Origin: an uncultured Bacteroidota bacterium
Lineage (GTDB): Bacteria; Bacteroidota; Bacteroidia; Flavobacteriales; Flavobacteriaceae
Assembly: GCA_902525795.1 (NCBI GenBank)
Contig: CABZIT010000001.1
Span: 19,458 to 83,457, forward strand
Length of the DNA: 64,000 nt
Reading direction: 5' to 3'
Shown: piece after piece, positions 1-8,812 of the stretch
How positions within the stretch are numbered: the stretch's first letter is position 1
Layout of the letters: each line of letters opens with the position of its first letter
Notes under the pieces: model-generated
Databases searched by the model: none
Told to the model about the DNA's origin: nothing
What the model saw: only the letters and a program-made list of their open reading frames with translations
Made by a program: the position numbers and the translations under genes

Positions 1-1449
1 CTCGCTTTGGAAAATGATCTAGAAATTATTCCTGTATTAAATAAGGTTGACCTTCCTAGTGCAAACCCCGAAGAAGTAACCGATGATATTGTAGACCTGC
101 TTGGCTGCAAAGCAGAAGATGTGATTCCGGCTAGTGCAAAAACGGGGCTTGGAATTGACAACATTTTAAAAGCAATCATCGAGGTAATTCCTGCTCCAAA
201 AGGGGGGGCTAATGAACCTCTCCAGGCACTAGTCTTTGACTCCGTTTTTAATCCGTTCAGAGGAATTGAAACCTATTTTAGAATTATAAACGGCTCGATT
301 CGTAAGGGGCAAAAAATTAAATTTTTAGCTACTGAAAAATCTTACTTTGCAGATGAAGTAGGAACGCTTAATTTAAAGCAAAGTCCTAAAAATGAAATTC
401 TTGCCGGTGATGTTGGGTATCTAATCACTGGAATTAAAGAAGCTAAAGAGGTAAAAGTAGGGGATACGATTACTGATTTTGAGAATCCGACCAACGAAGC
501 TGTCTCGGGTTTTGAAGATGTAAAACCTATGGTTTTTGCTGGCATATATCCTGTGGACACTGAAGATTACGAGGAGCTTCGTGGGGCAATGGAAAAGCTA
601 CAGCTAAACGATGCTTCTTTAGTCTTCACCCCTGAAAGCTCAGCGGCATTAGGGTTTGGTTTTCGTTGTGGTTTTTTAGGAATGTTGCATATGGAAATCA
701 TTCAAGAGCGTCTTGAGAGGGAGTTTGATATGACGGTAATAACAACCGTTCCAAATGTTTCCTATCAGGCCTATAAAAAGAAAAAACCTGACCAAATTAT
801 CTTGGTAAACAATCCCTCTGATCTTCCTGAGCCGTCTTCACTTGACAGGGTTGAAGAGCCCTTTATTAAGGCCTCTATCATTACAAAGTCTGATTTTATC
901 GGTAACGTTATGTCTTTATGCATAGAAAAAAGAGGGGTGATAAAAAGCCAAACCTATTTGACAACAACTAGGGTAGAGTTGATTTTTGATATGCCTTTGG
1001 CAGAAATTGTTTTTGATTTCTATGACCGCCTTAAAACTGTTTCTAAAGGTTATGCTTCCTTTGACTATTCTCCTATAGGGCTAGTTACTTCAAAACTTGT
1101 CAGAGTGGATATCTTGCTTAATTCAAAACCCGTAGATGCTCTGTCGGCACTGTTACATGCTGACAATGCTTATCGAATTGGAAAAAGAATCTGTGAAAAA
1201 CTTAAAGAGCTTATCCCTCGGCAACAGTTTGATGTGCCAATACAAGCTGCTATCGGAACCAAAATAATCGCAAGAGAAACCATCAAGGCTGTTCGTAAAG
1301 ATGTGACGGCAAAATGTTATGGAGGAGATATTACAAGAAAAAGAAAACTGTTAGAAAATCAGAAAAAAGGGAAAAAGAGAATGCGCCAGGTGGGAAGTGT
1401 TGAGATTCCTCAAGAAGCATTTATGGCTGTACTAAAACTAAACGACTAG
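1..1449 (+). CDS. lepA: Elongation factor 4 (LepA), C-terminal part; 5' end cut by window edge
   Basis: Frame 1 is open from base 1 ([19 protein letters not shown], the GTPase NKxD region). EF-G-like domains and a basic LepA tail ([20 protein letters not shown]) follow. The 'M' at 7 in the track is an internal TTG. Confidence 0.95.
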   Translation, partial: LALENDLEIIPVLNKVDLPSANPEEVTDDIVDLLGCKAEDVIPASAKTGLGIDNILKAIIEVIPAPKGGANEPLQALVFDSVFNPFRGIETYFRIINGSIRKGQKIKFLATEKSYFADEVGTLNLKQSPKNEILAGDVGYLITGIKEAKEVKVGDTITDFENPTNEAVSGFEDVKPMVFAGIYPVDTEDYEELRGAMEKLQLNDASLVFTPESSAALGFGFRCGFLGMLHMEIIQERLEREFDMTVITTVPNVSYQAYKKKKPDQIILVNNPSDLPEPSSLDRVEEPFIKASIITKSDFIGNVMSLCIEKRGVIKSQTYLTTTRVELIFDMPLAEIVFDFYDRLKTVSKGYASFDYSPIGLVTSKLVRVDILLNSKPVDALSALLHADNAYRIGKRICEKLKELIPRQQFDVPIQAAIGTKIIARETIKAVRKDVTAKCYGGDITRKRKLLENQKKGKKRMRQVGSVEIPQEAFMAVLKLND

Positions 1450-3614
1450 TCTTTTAAGGTAAGGCGCAGCACAGAACAAGCTGCGCGCTCAGTAAATTTG
1501 TCTTTACCCCCTCCAAACAAAACCTTAATCCAATTGTTTTTTTCTGGGGTTCCTAAAATTAACAAGTCGTAGCCTGCAGAAATGTCTGCAATTGTTTCAA
1601 CCGGGCTGTCACTTTTTACAACGGAAACACTTGCTTTTACTTTTGCTTCCTTAAGCTTTTTCTCAGATCTAGTTTTTATCGTTGATGCTGTTTTGTTCTG
1701 CTCCGGCACAACATGTAATAGGGTTAAACTAGCTCCAAAATGTTTACATACATTGTTGGCAATTCCAATGAAATTTTTATCCTTCCTTCCAGGGCGGAGG
1801 GCTAGTACTACTTTTCCAATATATCTAACTCCATTGTCTTTATACAAGGCTAAATTAGAGTTTATGTTCGCCAGCAACCAGCCAATGGGGTTGCTAATAA
1901 AGATGCCTGAGTTTGGCCTTGCACCCCAACCCATCACAAGCCATTTACAGCTTTCTTGAGAGCTCAGTCGGTTGATGGTTTCGGAAAGCTCATAGGTTAC
2001 TACTGCATCAAAGCCAACAGAAAGCTTTTTGGATTCAGAGAGGCTTTTGATTCTTCTTTTTAAAGATGTCGATTCCGGTGAATCTTGCATAAACACTGAG
2101 GCATCCGTTTGGTTGGGAACCTCGGTCACATCAAATGCCTGGACCATATTTGCGCTTTTTATTGCTGCTGCGATTTCCACCAACATTTCAGGGGATGTTT
2201 CTTCGCCAAGCAGTGGAACAACAACTTCTGCGTCCGTAGAAATAGCGCCTTCAGCGTCTTCTGATTCATCAGAATATTCTCTGATTTTTGAAGCGCCCTT
2301 AAAAAAAGAAGAAAAAATTCCATAACTAGAGGCTATACCGCTTCTGTCTGATTTTCTACCATAAGCAAGAAAGATTAAAAAGCCTAAAACAACAACCCCT
2401 AATACAGAAACGACAGGCATGATGCCAAGGTATGCAAGTAGAACTATTCCGCTTCCTATCCCGAAAATTTGAACCCATGGATACAAGGGAGATTTAAAGG
2501 TTGGCTTGTACCACTGGGCATTTGTTTCTCTTAAAACAATAACAGTCAGCTCATTGAAGATAAACATCAACACTTTGAAGGCGCTTGCAAGTTTTGCAAT
2601 CTTAACCACATCTAAAAAAATAATTGCAAGAGCGATTAAAGTTGATGTTGTAAGAATCGCTGACACCGGGGTCATAAATTTTGAATTAACTTTTGCCAAA
2701 TAGCCAGGAAGCAAACCATCCTTAGACATGGCAAAAGGAAATCTTGATGAAGCTAAAACACCTGAGTTTACCATAGAAAGCAACGTTAACACACCAACAA
2801 CTCCTGCAATTAATCCAAAGGTTTCTCCTCCAATAGTTTGGAAGAGTGTATGTATGGGCTTAATGTCTGTTGCTAAAATTGAAGCTTCTACATTGCCCAC
2901 CAAAACAAGTGCTACCAAACAATAGATGGTGGTAATCAAAAACAATGAAATGATCATGGTAAGTGGAAGGTTCTTGGCTGGGTTTTTAATCTCTCCCGCG
3001 ATCGCTGCAATTTTTGTTACACCAGCATAAGAAATATATAAAAAAGCAACCCCTGCAATAAAACCGTCTCCTCCGTCAATGAATACTGGTTCGGTAAGCT
3101 TAGTGTCAAAAGAACTAAAACCTAAAGCAACGATTACTATTAGTGAAATTATACTAATTGACACGATAAAAAGCTGTGTCTTTTCAACCTTTTTTAAACC
3201 AAAAATATTTAACAGTACAATTAAAAGAAGGGCCAGCAAGGCTATTGCTCTTGTGTACGATTCATCAATATTTACCACCACATATAAATAGAAGCTAAGA
3301 CCAACTAAAGAAAAAGCACTTTTTAAAAGCAGCGAGAGCCAAAGGCCAATTCCTGCAATGGTTCCAAATAGTGGCCCAAACGCTCTTTCAATATATACGT
3401 AAGTTCCACCTGATTTTGGCATTGCAGTGCCTAGTTCAGATTTTGAAAGAACGGCAGGCAATATACATAATGCTGCCACAAGAAAAGCAAGCCACACGGA
3501 GGAGCCTGTAATGCCAACGGCTAGCCCTGGGAGGACAAATATTCCACTGAGCATCCCTCCTATACTGACAGCAATAGCGCCAGGCAACGACAATGTTCTC
3601 TCTAACTTCTTCAA
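1446..3614 (-). CDS. APC-superfamily amino acid permease fused to C-terminal tandem universal stress protein (Usp) domains
   Basis: N-terminal ~440 aa is polytopic with about 12 TM segments ([19 protein letters not shown]...). The soluble C-terminal ~270 aa has two Usp-like alpha/beta repeats (LVMGWG..., [11 protein letters not shown]). TTG start; 4-bp convergent overlap with lepA. Confidence 0.8.
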   Translation of the reverse strand: MKKLERTLSLPGAIAVSIGGMLSGIFVLPGLAVGITGSSVWLAFLVAALCILPAVLSKSELGTAMPKSGGTYVYIERAFGPLFGTIAGIGLWLSLLLKSAFSLVGLSFYLYVVVNIDESYTRAIALLALLLIVLLNIFGLKKVEKTQLFIVSISIISLIVIVALGFSSFDTKLTEPVFIDGGDGFIAGVAFLYISYAGVTKIAAIAGEIKNPAKNLPLTMIISLFLITTIYCLVALVLVGNVEASILATDIKPIHTLFQTIGGETFGLIAGVVGVLTLLSMVNSGVLASSRFPFAMSKDGLLPGYLAKVNSKFMTPVSAILTTSTLIALAIIFLDVVKIAKLASAFKVLMFIFNELTVIVLRETNAQWYKPTFKSPLYPWVQIFGIGSGIVLLAYLGIMPVVSVLGVVVLGFLIFLAYGRKSDRSGIASSYGIFSSFFKGASKIREYSDESEDAEGAISTDAEVVVPLLGEETSPEMLVEIAAAIKSANMVQAFDVTEVPNQTDASVFMQDSPESTSLKRRIKSLSESKKLSVGFDAVVTYELSETINRLSSQESCKWLVMGWGARPNSGIFISNPIGWLLANINSNLALYKDNGVRYIGKVVLALRPGRKDKNFIGIANNVCKHFGASLTLLHVVPEQNKTASTIKTRSEKKLKEAKVKASVSVVKSDSPVETIADISAGYDLLILGTPEKNNWIKVLFGGGKDKFTERAACSVLRLTLKD

Positions 3615-3658
3615 AATATTATTTTATATTTATTAAAAATACTAAATATATATTTCAA

Positions 3659-4510
3659 TTGAATTTATACCCCATCATTGCTGGTAATTTTATGCTTGAT
3701 GGAGGCGCCATGTTTGGCGTTGTTCCAAAGGCTATTTGGCAAAAAACCAATCCAGCTGACAATAAAAATATGGTAAAAATTGCTGCGCGCTGTTTGCTTA
3801 TTGAAGACGGAGACAGGCTTATACTGATCGATACGGGAATGGGCAACAAACAAAGCGAAAAATTCTTTGGTTATTATTATCGGTGGGGAGAAGATTCGTT
3901 GGAGTCCTCATTAAAAAAACACGGGTTTCATACTGATGATGTTACCGATGTTTTTCTAACGCACTTACATTTTGATCATTGCGGTGGTGGAATAATTCGG
4001 TCTGGAGAAAACTTCTTCAAGACCACGTTTAAAAATGCAAACTATTGGAGTAACAAGGGCCATTGGGACTGGGCAACAGACCCAAACAAAAGAGAAAGCG
4101 CCTCTTTCTTAAAAGAAAACATTCTGCCAATAGAAGAATCAGGTCAATTGCATTATTTAGAGAAGGATGGAAAAAGCTATTTGACCAATTCTGATCTTGG
4201 CTTTGATGTGTTGTTTGTGGACGGTCATACTGAAAAACAAATGATACCGGTTGTGAGTTATAAAGGACAAAAAATTGCCTTTGCTGCTGACCTTGTTCCC
4301 ACCCTCGGCCATGTGCCATTGCCTTATATTCCTGGCTATGATATTAGACCGCTGATTTCCTTAAAAGAAAAAGAATTGTTCTTAAATTTTTGCCATGAAA
4401 ATAACGTATTTTTATTCTTCGAACACGATGCTTTCGTGGAACTGTGCTCGCTTAAAAAAACGGATCATGGAATTCGGCTAAATGAAAAATTAACTCTGCT
4501 TGATTTATGA
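3659..4510 (+). CDS. MBL-fold metallo-hydrolase
   Basis: HxHxDH motif (THLHFDHCGG) and N-terminal GNFMLDGGAMFGVVPK. The start is moved to an in-frame TTG at 3659, because the track start 3593 would overlap the divergent permease start by 22 nt. Confidence 0.8.
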   Translation: MNLYPIIAGNFMLDGGAMFGVVPKAIWQKTNPADNKNMVKIAARCLLIEDGDRLILIDTGMGNKQSEKFFGYYYRWGEDSLESSLKKHGFHTDDVTDVFLTHLHFDHCGGGIIRSGENFFKTTFKNANYWSNKGHWDWATDPNKRESASFLKENILPIEESGQLHYLEKDGKSYLTNSDLGFDVLFVDGHTEKQMIPVVSYKGQKIAFAADLVPTLGHVPLPYIPGYDIRPLISLKEKELFLNFCHENNVFLFFEHDAFVELCSLKKTDHGIRLNEKLTLLDL

Positions 4511-4541
4511 AAAAACTTATACTACTTACACTATAAAAGTA

Positions 4542-6362
4542 ATGCGAAAAAAAACACTTCTTCTTTTTCTTTTCTGCTGTAGTTTTAGCTTCTCTCAAAG
4601 CAGCTATTGGCAGCAGCATGTGGACTACACAATGGAAATTGATGTAAATGTTAAAGACCACACTTACAATGGCGAACAAAAACTAGTCTATACAAACAAC
4701 TCACCAGACACCCTTCACCGCGTATTCTATCACCTTTACTTTAATGCCTTTAAGCCTGGGACAGATCAAGTATTGGCTTCGAGTCATGCAAGTTTTGAAA
4801 GGAGGGGTGTTGCGGACAAAATTGCAAAGCTGGGTCCTGAAGACTGGGGCGACGTTAAGGTCTTATCGCTGAAACAAGACGGGAAAGGTGTTAAATATAT
4901 TACTGAAGAAACCATTCTTGAGGTGGACCTAAATGAGCCTTTACTCCCAGGACAAAACACGTTGTTGGAGATGTCTTTCTTTACGAAAACTCCCGCTGTT
5001 GTGCAGCGCTCAGGAAAACAGAACAAAGATGGTGTTGAATTTTCTATGTCACAATGGTATCCTAAACTTTGCGAATATGACAAAGAGGGCTGGCACGCCA
5101 ACCCTTATATTGGAAGAGAGTTTCATGGGGTGTGGGGAAACTTTGATGTAACCTTAAATATTGACAAAGACTATGTGGTTGCTGCTTCTGGGTATCTGCA
5201 AAACCCCGAGTTAATTGGTCATGGATATGCGCCGCTGAAAGAAAATGTTGTACATGGGGATAAGATTTCTTGGAATTTCATTGCTCCTAGAGTTCATGAT
5301 TTTAGCTGGGCTGCTGATCCAAATTTTATTCATGATATCAAAAAGGTTCCTGACGGCCCTGACCTACATTTTTTCTATGAAGAGTCGAGTCCTTATGTTA
5401 GTTTTTGGAAAGATTTTCAAGAGCCCTCTGTGAAAATGATGGAGTTTTTTAGTGAAAATCTTGGCAAATATCCCTATGATCAGTATTCAATTATCATGGG
5501 TGGAGATGGCGGTATGGAATACGCAATGAGCACTTTTATAGCAGGCTATGAATATGATGATTACAGAAGATTGTTGAGTGTTACCTCTCACGAAATTGCG
5601 CATACTTGGTTTCAATTTTTAATGGCAACAAACGAGTCGAAACACGCCTGGATGGATGAAGGCTTTACAAGCTATATTGACGACGTTTGTCTCAACGAGC
5701 TTTTAAATGAGGGAAAAGACATTCCTAATATTGCTGCATACAGAGACTATATCCCTTGGGCGCTAAGTGGAATGGAAGAGCCACTTACAACTCATGCTGA
5801 CAGATATGAATTTGGTGAAGGATATTGGATCTCGGCCTACGACAAAGGTTCTATCTTTATGTCTCAACTTAAATATATTGTTGGCGATGACAACTTTAAA
5901 AAAATCTTAAAAAGGTATTATCACGACTGGGCTTTTAAACATCCGGATCCTAATGATTTTATTAGGGTTTGTGAAAAAGTAACAGGCTTTGAGCTTGACT
6001 GGTATCTAATGGATTGGATACAAACCGTAAAGACTATTGACTATTCAATCAATTCTTTTGTTTCAACAAAAGAGTCTACGTCCATCACCCTTCAAAGAAT
6101 TGGTCAAATGCCAATGCCTGTGGAAGTACTAGTTTCTTTAAAAGATGGATCTAGTCAAACTTACTACATCCCACTAACAATGATGCGGGGAAGAAAACCT
6201 GCTGAAGAAATGATCACAAAAAGTTCTTGGTCTTGGGCAAAACCATATTATACTTTTGATGTTCCCTTTGGCAAAGAAGATATTAGTTATATAACTATTG
6301 ATCCTCATGGTGTTGTAGCCGATGTTGATAAAATCAATAATACAATACAAGTTGGTCTTTAA
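4542..6362 (+). CDS. Secreted M1-family zinc metallopeptidase
   Basis: HEIAHTWF...WMDEGFTSY is the gluzincin HExxH-(18)-E motif. The ATG at 4542 yields a signal peptide (MRKKTLLLFLFCCSFSFSQ); the track start 4500 is an upstream TTG. Confidence 0.85.
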   Translation: MRKKTLLLFLFCCSFSFSQSSYWQQHVDYTMEIDVNVKDHTYNGEQKLVYTNNSPDTLHRVFYHLYFNAFKPGTDQVLASSHASFERRGVADKIAKLGPEDWGDVKVLSLKQDGKGVKYITEETILEVDLNEPLLPGQNTLLEMSFFTKTPAVVQRSGKQNKDGVEFSMSQWYPKLCEYDKEGWHANPYIGREFHGVWGNFDVTLNIDKDYVVAASGYLQNPELIGHGYAPLKENVVHGDKISWNFIAPRVHDFSWAADPNFIHDIKKVPDGPDLHFFYEESSPYVSFWKDFQEPSVKMMEFFSENLGKYPYDQYSIIMGGDGGMEYAMSTFIAGYEYDDYRRLLSVTSHEIAHTWFQFLMATNESKHAWMDEGFTSYIDDVCLNELLNEGKDIPNIAAYRDYIPWALSGMEEPLTTHADRYEFGEGYWISAYDKGSIFMSQLKYIVGDDNFKKILKRYYHDWAFKHPDPNDFIRVCEKVTGFELDWYLMDWIQTVKTIDYSINSFVSTKESTSITLQRIGQMPMPVEVLVSLKDGSSQTYYIPLTMMRGRKPAEEMITKSSWSWAKPYYTFDVPFGKEDISYITIDPHGVVADVDKINNTIQVGL

Positions 6363-6717
6363 ACTAAATAAAGGTAGTTCTTTAAAGTCTTCCGCAGAAA
6401 TAGAACAAGTATTAGCCTTAGGTAAAAGGGTCTCAAATAAATATTTGTCCATCTACTTTCTAGCGAGCAAAAATCTGTCTAAATCTGGTAAAAAAGTTGC
6501 TGTAGTTGTTGGAAAAAAAGCTCATGCTCAGGCTAACACGAGAAACAAAATTAAAAGATTAATGAGAGAGTGCTTACGCAAGTCTGATGAATTAGAAAAA
6601 TTTAGTTCTGGTAATATTATAATTAATTATCACTGTAAAGATGTTCCTGTTTTTAGTTTGTTACAAAAAAATATTAAAACCTTATTTTTGTCGTTATATA
6701 AAAAAGTGTCGTCTTGA
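6352..6717 (+). CDS. rnpA: Ribonuclease P protein component
   Basis: Basic ~120-aa protein with LKSSAEIEQV...GKRV...YLSIYF and KKAHAQANTRNKIKRLMRE (RNR motif). The TTG at 6352 gives an N-terminus of typical RnpA length; the track ATG at 6322 would overlap the peptidase by 41 nt. Confidence 0.8.
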   Translation: MVFKLNKGSSLKSSAEIEQVLALGKRVSNKYLSIYFLASKNLSKSGKKVAVVVGKKAHAQANTRNKIKRLMRECLRKSDELEKFSSGNIIINYHCKDVPVFSLLQKNIKTLFLSLYKKVSS

Positions 6718-7511
6718 GAATTCTTTTATTTTCTTTGTTTGCTTTTTCGTTCAGCTTCTTGCAAGGACAATTTAACGTTGAGCATACTGTTTTTTTTGAT
6801 ACGGATCAATACACCCTTTCAAAAACCGAAAAGATCCGCTTACAACAGTTCTTGGTAGAAGTAGAAAAAGAAGGTGTTATTCAAATTGAAATCTTTGGGT
6901 ACTGCGACGACAGAGGCGGAACAAATTACAATTTAACTCTTTCACAAAATAGAGCAAATCAAATTAAAGAGGTGTTTAAGTCTAGTTCTTTTTTTCCAGA
7001 AAAAATATCTACTGTTGACGGCAAAGGAGAATTACTTCTTACCATTATTGATGAAGAAGACCCTTCTATTATAAGGGCTTTAAACAGGCGTGTTGATATA
7101 GTGGTTAGCTATCCTGAAAAACAAACGATAACACAAAAAGTGATTGATCTAGATAATAAAGAAGAAGAAGCCTTTGCTCTTGAAAATGTTCTTTTTATTA
7201 CTGGCTATAGTTATCTAACAAGAAAATCCAAAAAGGTTTTAGATGATGTTGCTGAAACAATAAAGAAGGAGACTTTTTCTTTTGTTATTCAAGGTCACGT
7301 ATGTTGTACAGATGGAACTGTTGATGCTGTTGACAAGAAAACAAACCAAAGAAATCTTTCAGTGGCTAGAGCTAAATATGTTTACGACTTTTTCATCGAA
7401 AAGGGTATTAACAGAACGCGTATGTCCTATGAAGGATTAGCGCATAGGTTTCCGTTAGGAGGAAGTGAAGATAAAGACAGGAGGGTAGAAATTAAAGTTG
7501 TTTCTAAATAG
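6714..7511 (+). CDS. OmpA-family protein with two OmpA-like domains
   Basis: Signal peptide, then two repeats ending in the OmpA peptidoglycan-binding signatures NRRVDIVV and DRRVEIKV. TTG start overlaps the rnpA stop. Confidence 0.8.
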   Translation: MRILLFSLFAFSFSFLQGQFNVEHTVFFDTDQYTLSKTEKIRLQQFLVEVEKEGVIQIEIFGYCDDRGGTNYNLTLSQNRANQIKEVFKSSSFFPEKISTVDGKGELLLTIIDEEDPSIIRALNRRVDIVVSYPEKQTITQKVIDLDNKEEEAFALENVLFITGYSYLTRKSKKVLDDVAETIKKETFSFVIQGHVCCTDGTVDAVDKKTNQRNLSVARAKYVYDFFIEKGINRTRMSYEGLAHRFPLGGSEDKDRRVEIKVVSK

Positions 7512-7953
7512 ATTGGTGTTTTATCATTCTTATGTGAGGAATTCCGTCCTCTAAGTATTCATTTCCTGTAAATTCATACCCCAGGTCAGTATAGAATTCT
7601 TTTAAATATTTCTGAGCAGAAATTTCGATATTCTTATTTGTAAAATTCTCTTTTATATATTTTGCTCCTTCTATCATTACTTTTTTCCCAAGCTCCTTGC
7701 CTCTTTCTTTTTTGTCTACCACCACTCTACCTATACTTGGATTTTCAAAGTATTCCCCTTCATTAAATATTCTTGAATATGCAATAGTTTTATTATTTTC
7801 TGTAAAAAAAACATGAATAGCATTTTGATCTTTTCCATCAATATCTTGATAAATACACTCTTGTTCAACCACAAAAACTTCAGACCTTAATTGTAAAATA
7901 TTATAAAGTTCTTGTGTTGTTAGATCATGAAAATTCTTAACAACAATCTTCAT
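7504..7953 (-). CDS. GNAT-family N-acetyltransferase (ElaA-like)
   Basis: The N-terminus F.DLTTQELYNILQLRSEVFVVEQECIYQDIDGKD is the characteristic ElaA-type opening. An acetyl-CoA binding region follows (RVVVDKKERGKELGKKVM). Confidence 0.8.
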   Translation of the reverse strand: MKIVVKNFHDLTTQELYNILQLRSEVFVVEQECIYQDIDGKDQNAIHVFFTENNKTIAYSRIFNEGEYFENPSIGRVVVDKKERGKELGKKVMIEGAKYIKENFTNKNIEISAQKYLKEFYTDLGYEFTGNEYLEDGIPHIRMIKHQSI

Positions 7954-7955
7954 TA

Positions 7956-8378
7956 TTAAATTTTATTAATTCTTCTTTTATGTCTCTCTCCCTCGAAACT
8001 TTCATTAATAAAAACGTCTACTATATATATTGCTTTTTCTTGTGAAATATATCTAGCAGGTAAACACAAGACATTAGCATTATTATGTTTTCTACTAAGG
8101 GCTGCTATTTCTTCATTCCAACATAGGGCTGCTCTTACGTTAGCATGTTTATTTGCTGTCATAGCTACACCGTTTCCACTACCACAAATTAATATTCCCA
8201 GTTCAAATTCTTTCTGATCCACTTTACTTGCAACAAGGTGTGCAAAGTCTGGATAATCAACACTTTCGTTTGAATCACTTCCTACATTTTTATAATCAAT
8301 TTCTCTTTGTTTTAAAAAAGAAATGATTGCTTCTTTTATCTCTACGCCTGCGTGGTCATTTCCAATAATTATATTCAT
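7956..8378 (-). CDS. rpiB: Ribose-5-phosphate isomerase B
   Basis: MNIIIGNDHAG...ILICGSGNGVAMTANKH..VRAALCWN is a typical RpiB/LacAB signature; 140 aa. Confidence 0.9.
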   Translation of the reverse strand: MNIIIGNDHAGVEIKEAIISFLKQREIDYKNVGSDSNESVDYPDFAHLVASKVDQKEFELGILICGSGNGVAMTANKHANVRAALCWNEEIAALSRKHNNANVLCLPARYISQEKAIYIVDVFINESFEGERHKRRINKI

Positions 8379-8812
8379 ATCCTGTTAATAAAGAGTTGAT
8401 GTTTGTTTATAAATATCTTTATTTTAAGTTCTATGGTTAAATATTATACAGTCAATTTTATTTATCACAAATACTACTTTATTTATTAATATAAAATCCA
8501 TTGTTTTTAAGTATTACTTTTAAATAACTTATTAATAAAGTTGTATATAATATAAATATACGTTTTGTTAATATTATATATAATTTCTTGACTATTAATT
8601 ATTTAAATAATTATTACTTGTTTATTTTGTTTTAATAATATATTAATATCTAAAACATCTATGAAATCTAGCGAAAGTTGTTATATATATTAACAAACTA
8701 TAATATATAGTTTAAAATTTTTAATATAAAATTATATATATATAGAATGTTTATAAGTATATAAAAATTCAAAAACAGTTATGTATATAAGATATACTTT
8801 TGTAAAAGGTAT
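8379..8812. other. Exceptionally AT-rich divergent intergenic spacer (rpiB <- -> rnr)
   Basis: Hand count gives about 61 G+C in 434 nt (~14%). It is by far the longest non-coding gap in the window, with repeated TATATA-type motifs. See findings. Confidence 0.9.
8795..8802 (+). promoter_or_regulatory. Candidate Bacteroidetes -7 promoter box (TACTTTTG) for rnr
   Basis: Matches the TAnnTTTG consensus of Bacteroidetes sigma-A promoters. It ends only 10 nt before the rnr ATG at 8813, implying a very short or absent leader. Confidence 0.3.

Noticed and set aside
3593-3658. Upstream extensions of several track ORFs (3593 MBL hydrolase, 4500 M1 peptidase, 6322 rnpA, 49215 DUF4292, 22733 holB-like)
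   Set aside because: Each extension overlaps a neighbouring well-supported gene and encodes low-complexity sequence. A downstream start yields a signal peptide or an N-terminus that matches the family. These are treated as start-codon over-calls, not real overlaps.
8379-8812. AT-rich spacer as a CRISPR array, mobile-element scar or structured ncRNA
   Set aside because: There are no regularly spaced direct repeats of CRISPR length, no terminal inverted repeats or target duplications, and no transposase or integrase remnant. At ~14% GC there are no stable G-C stems to support a structured RNA.
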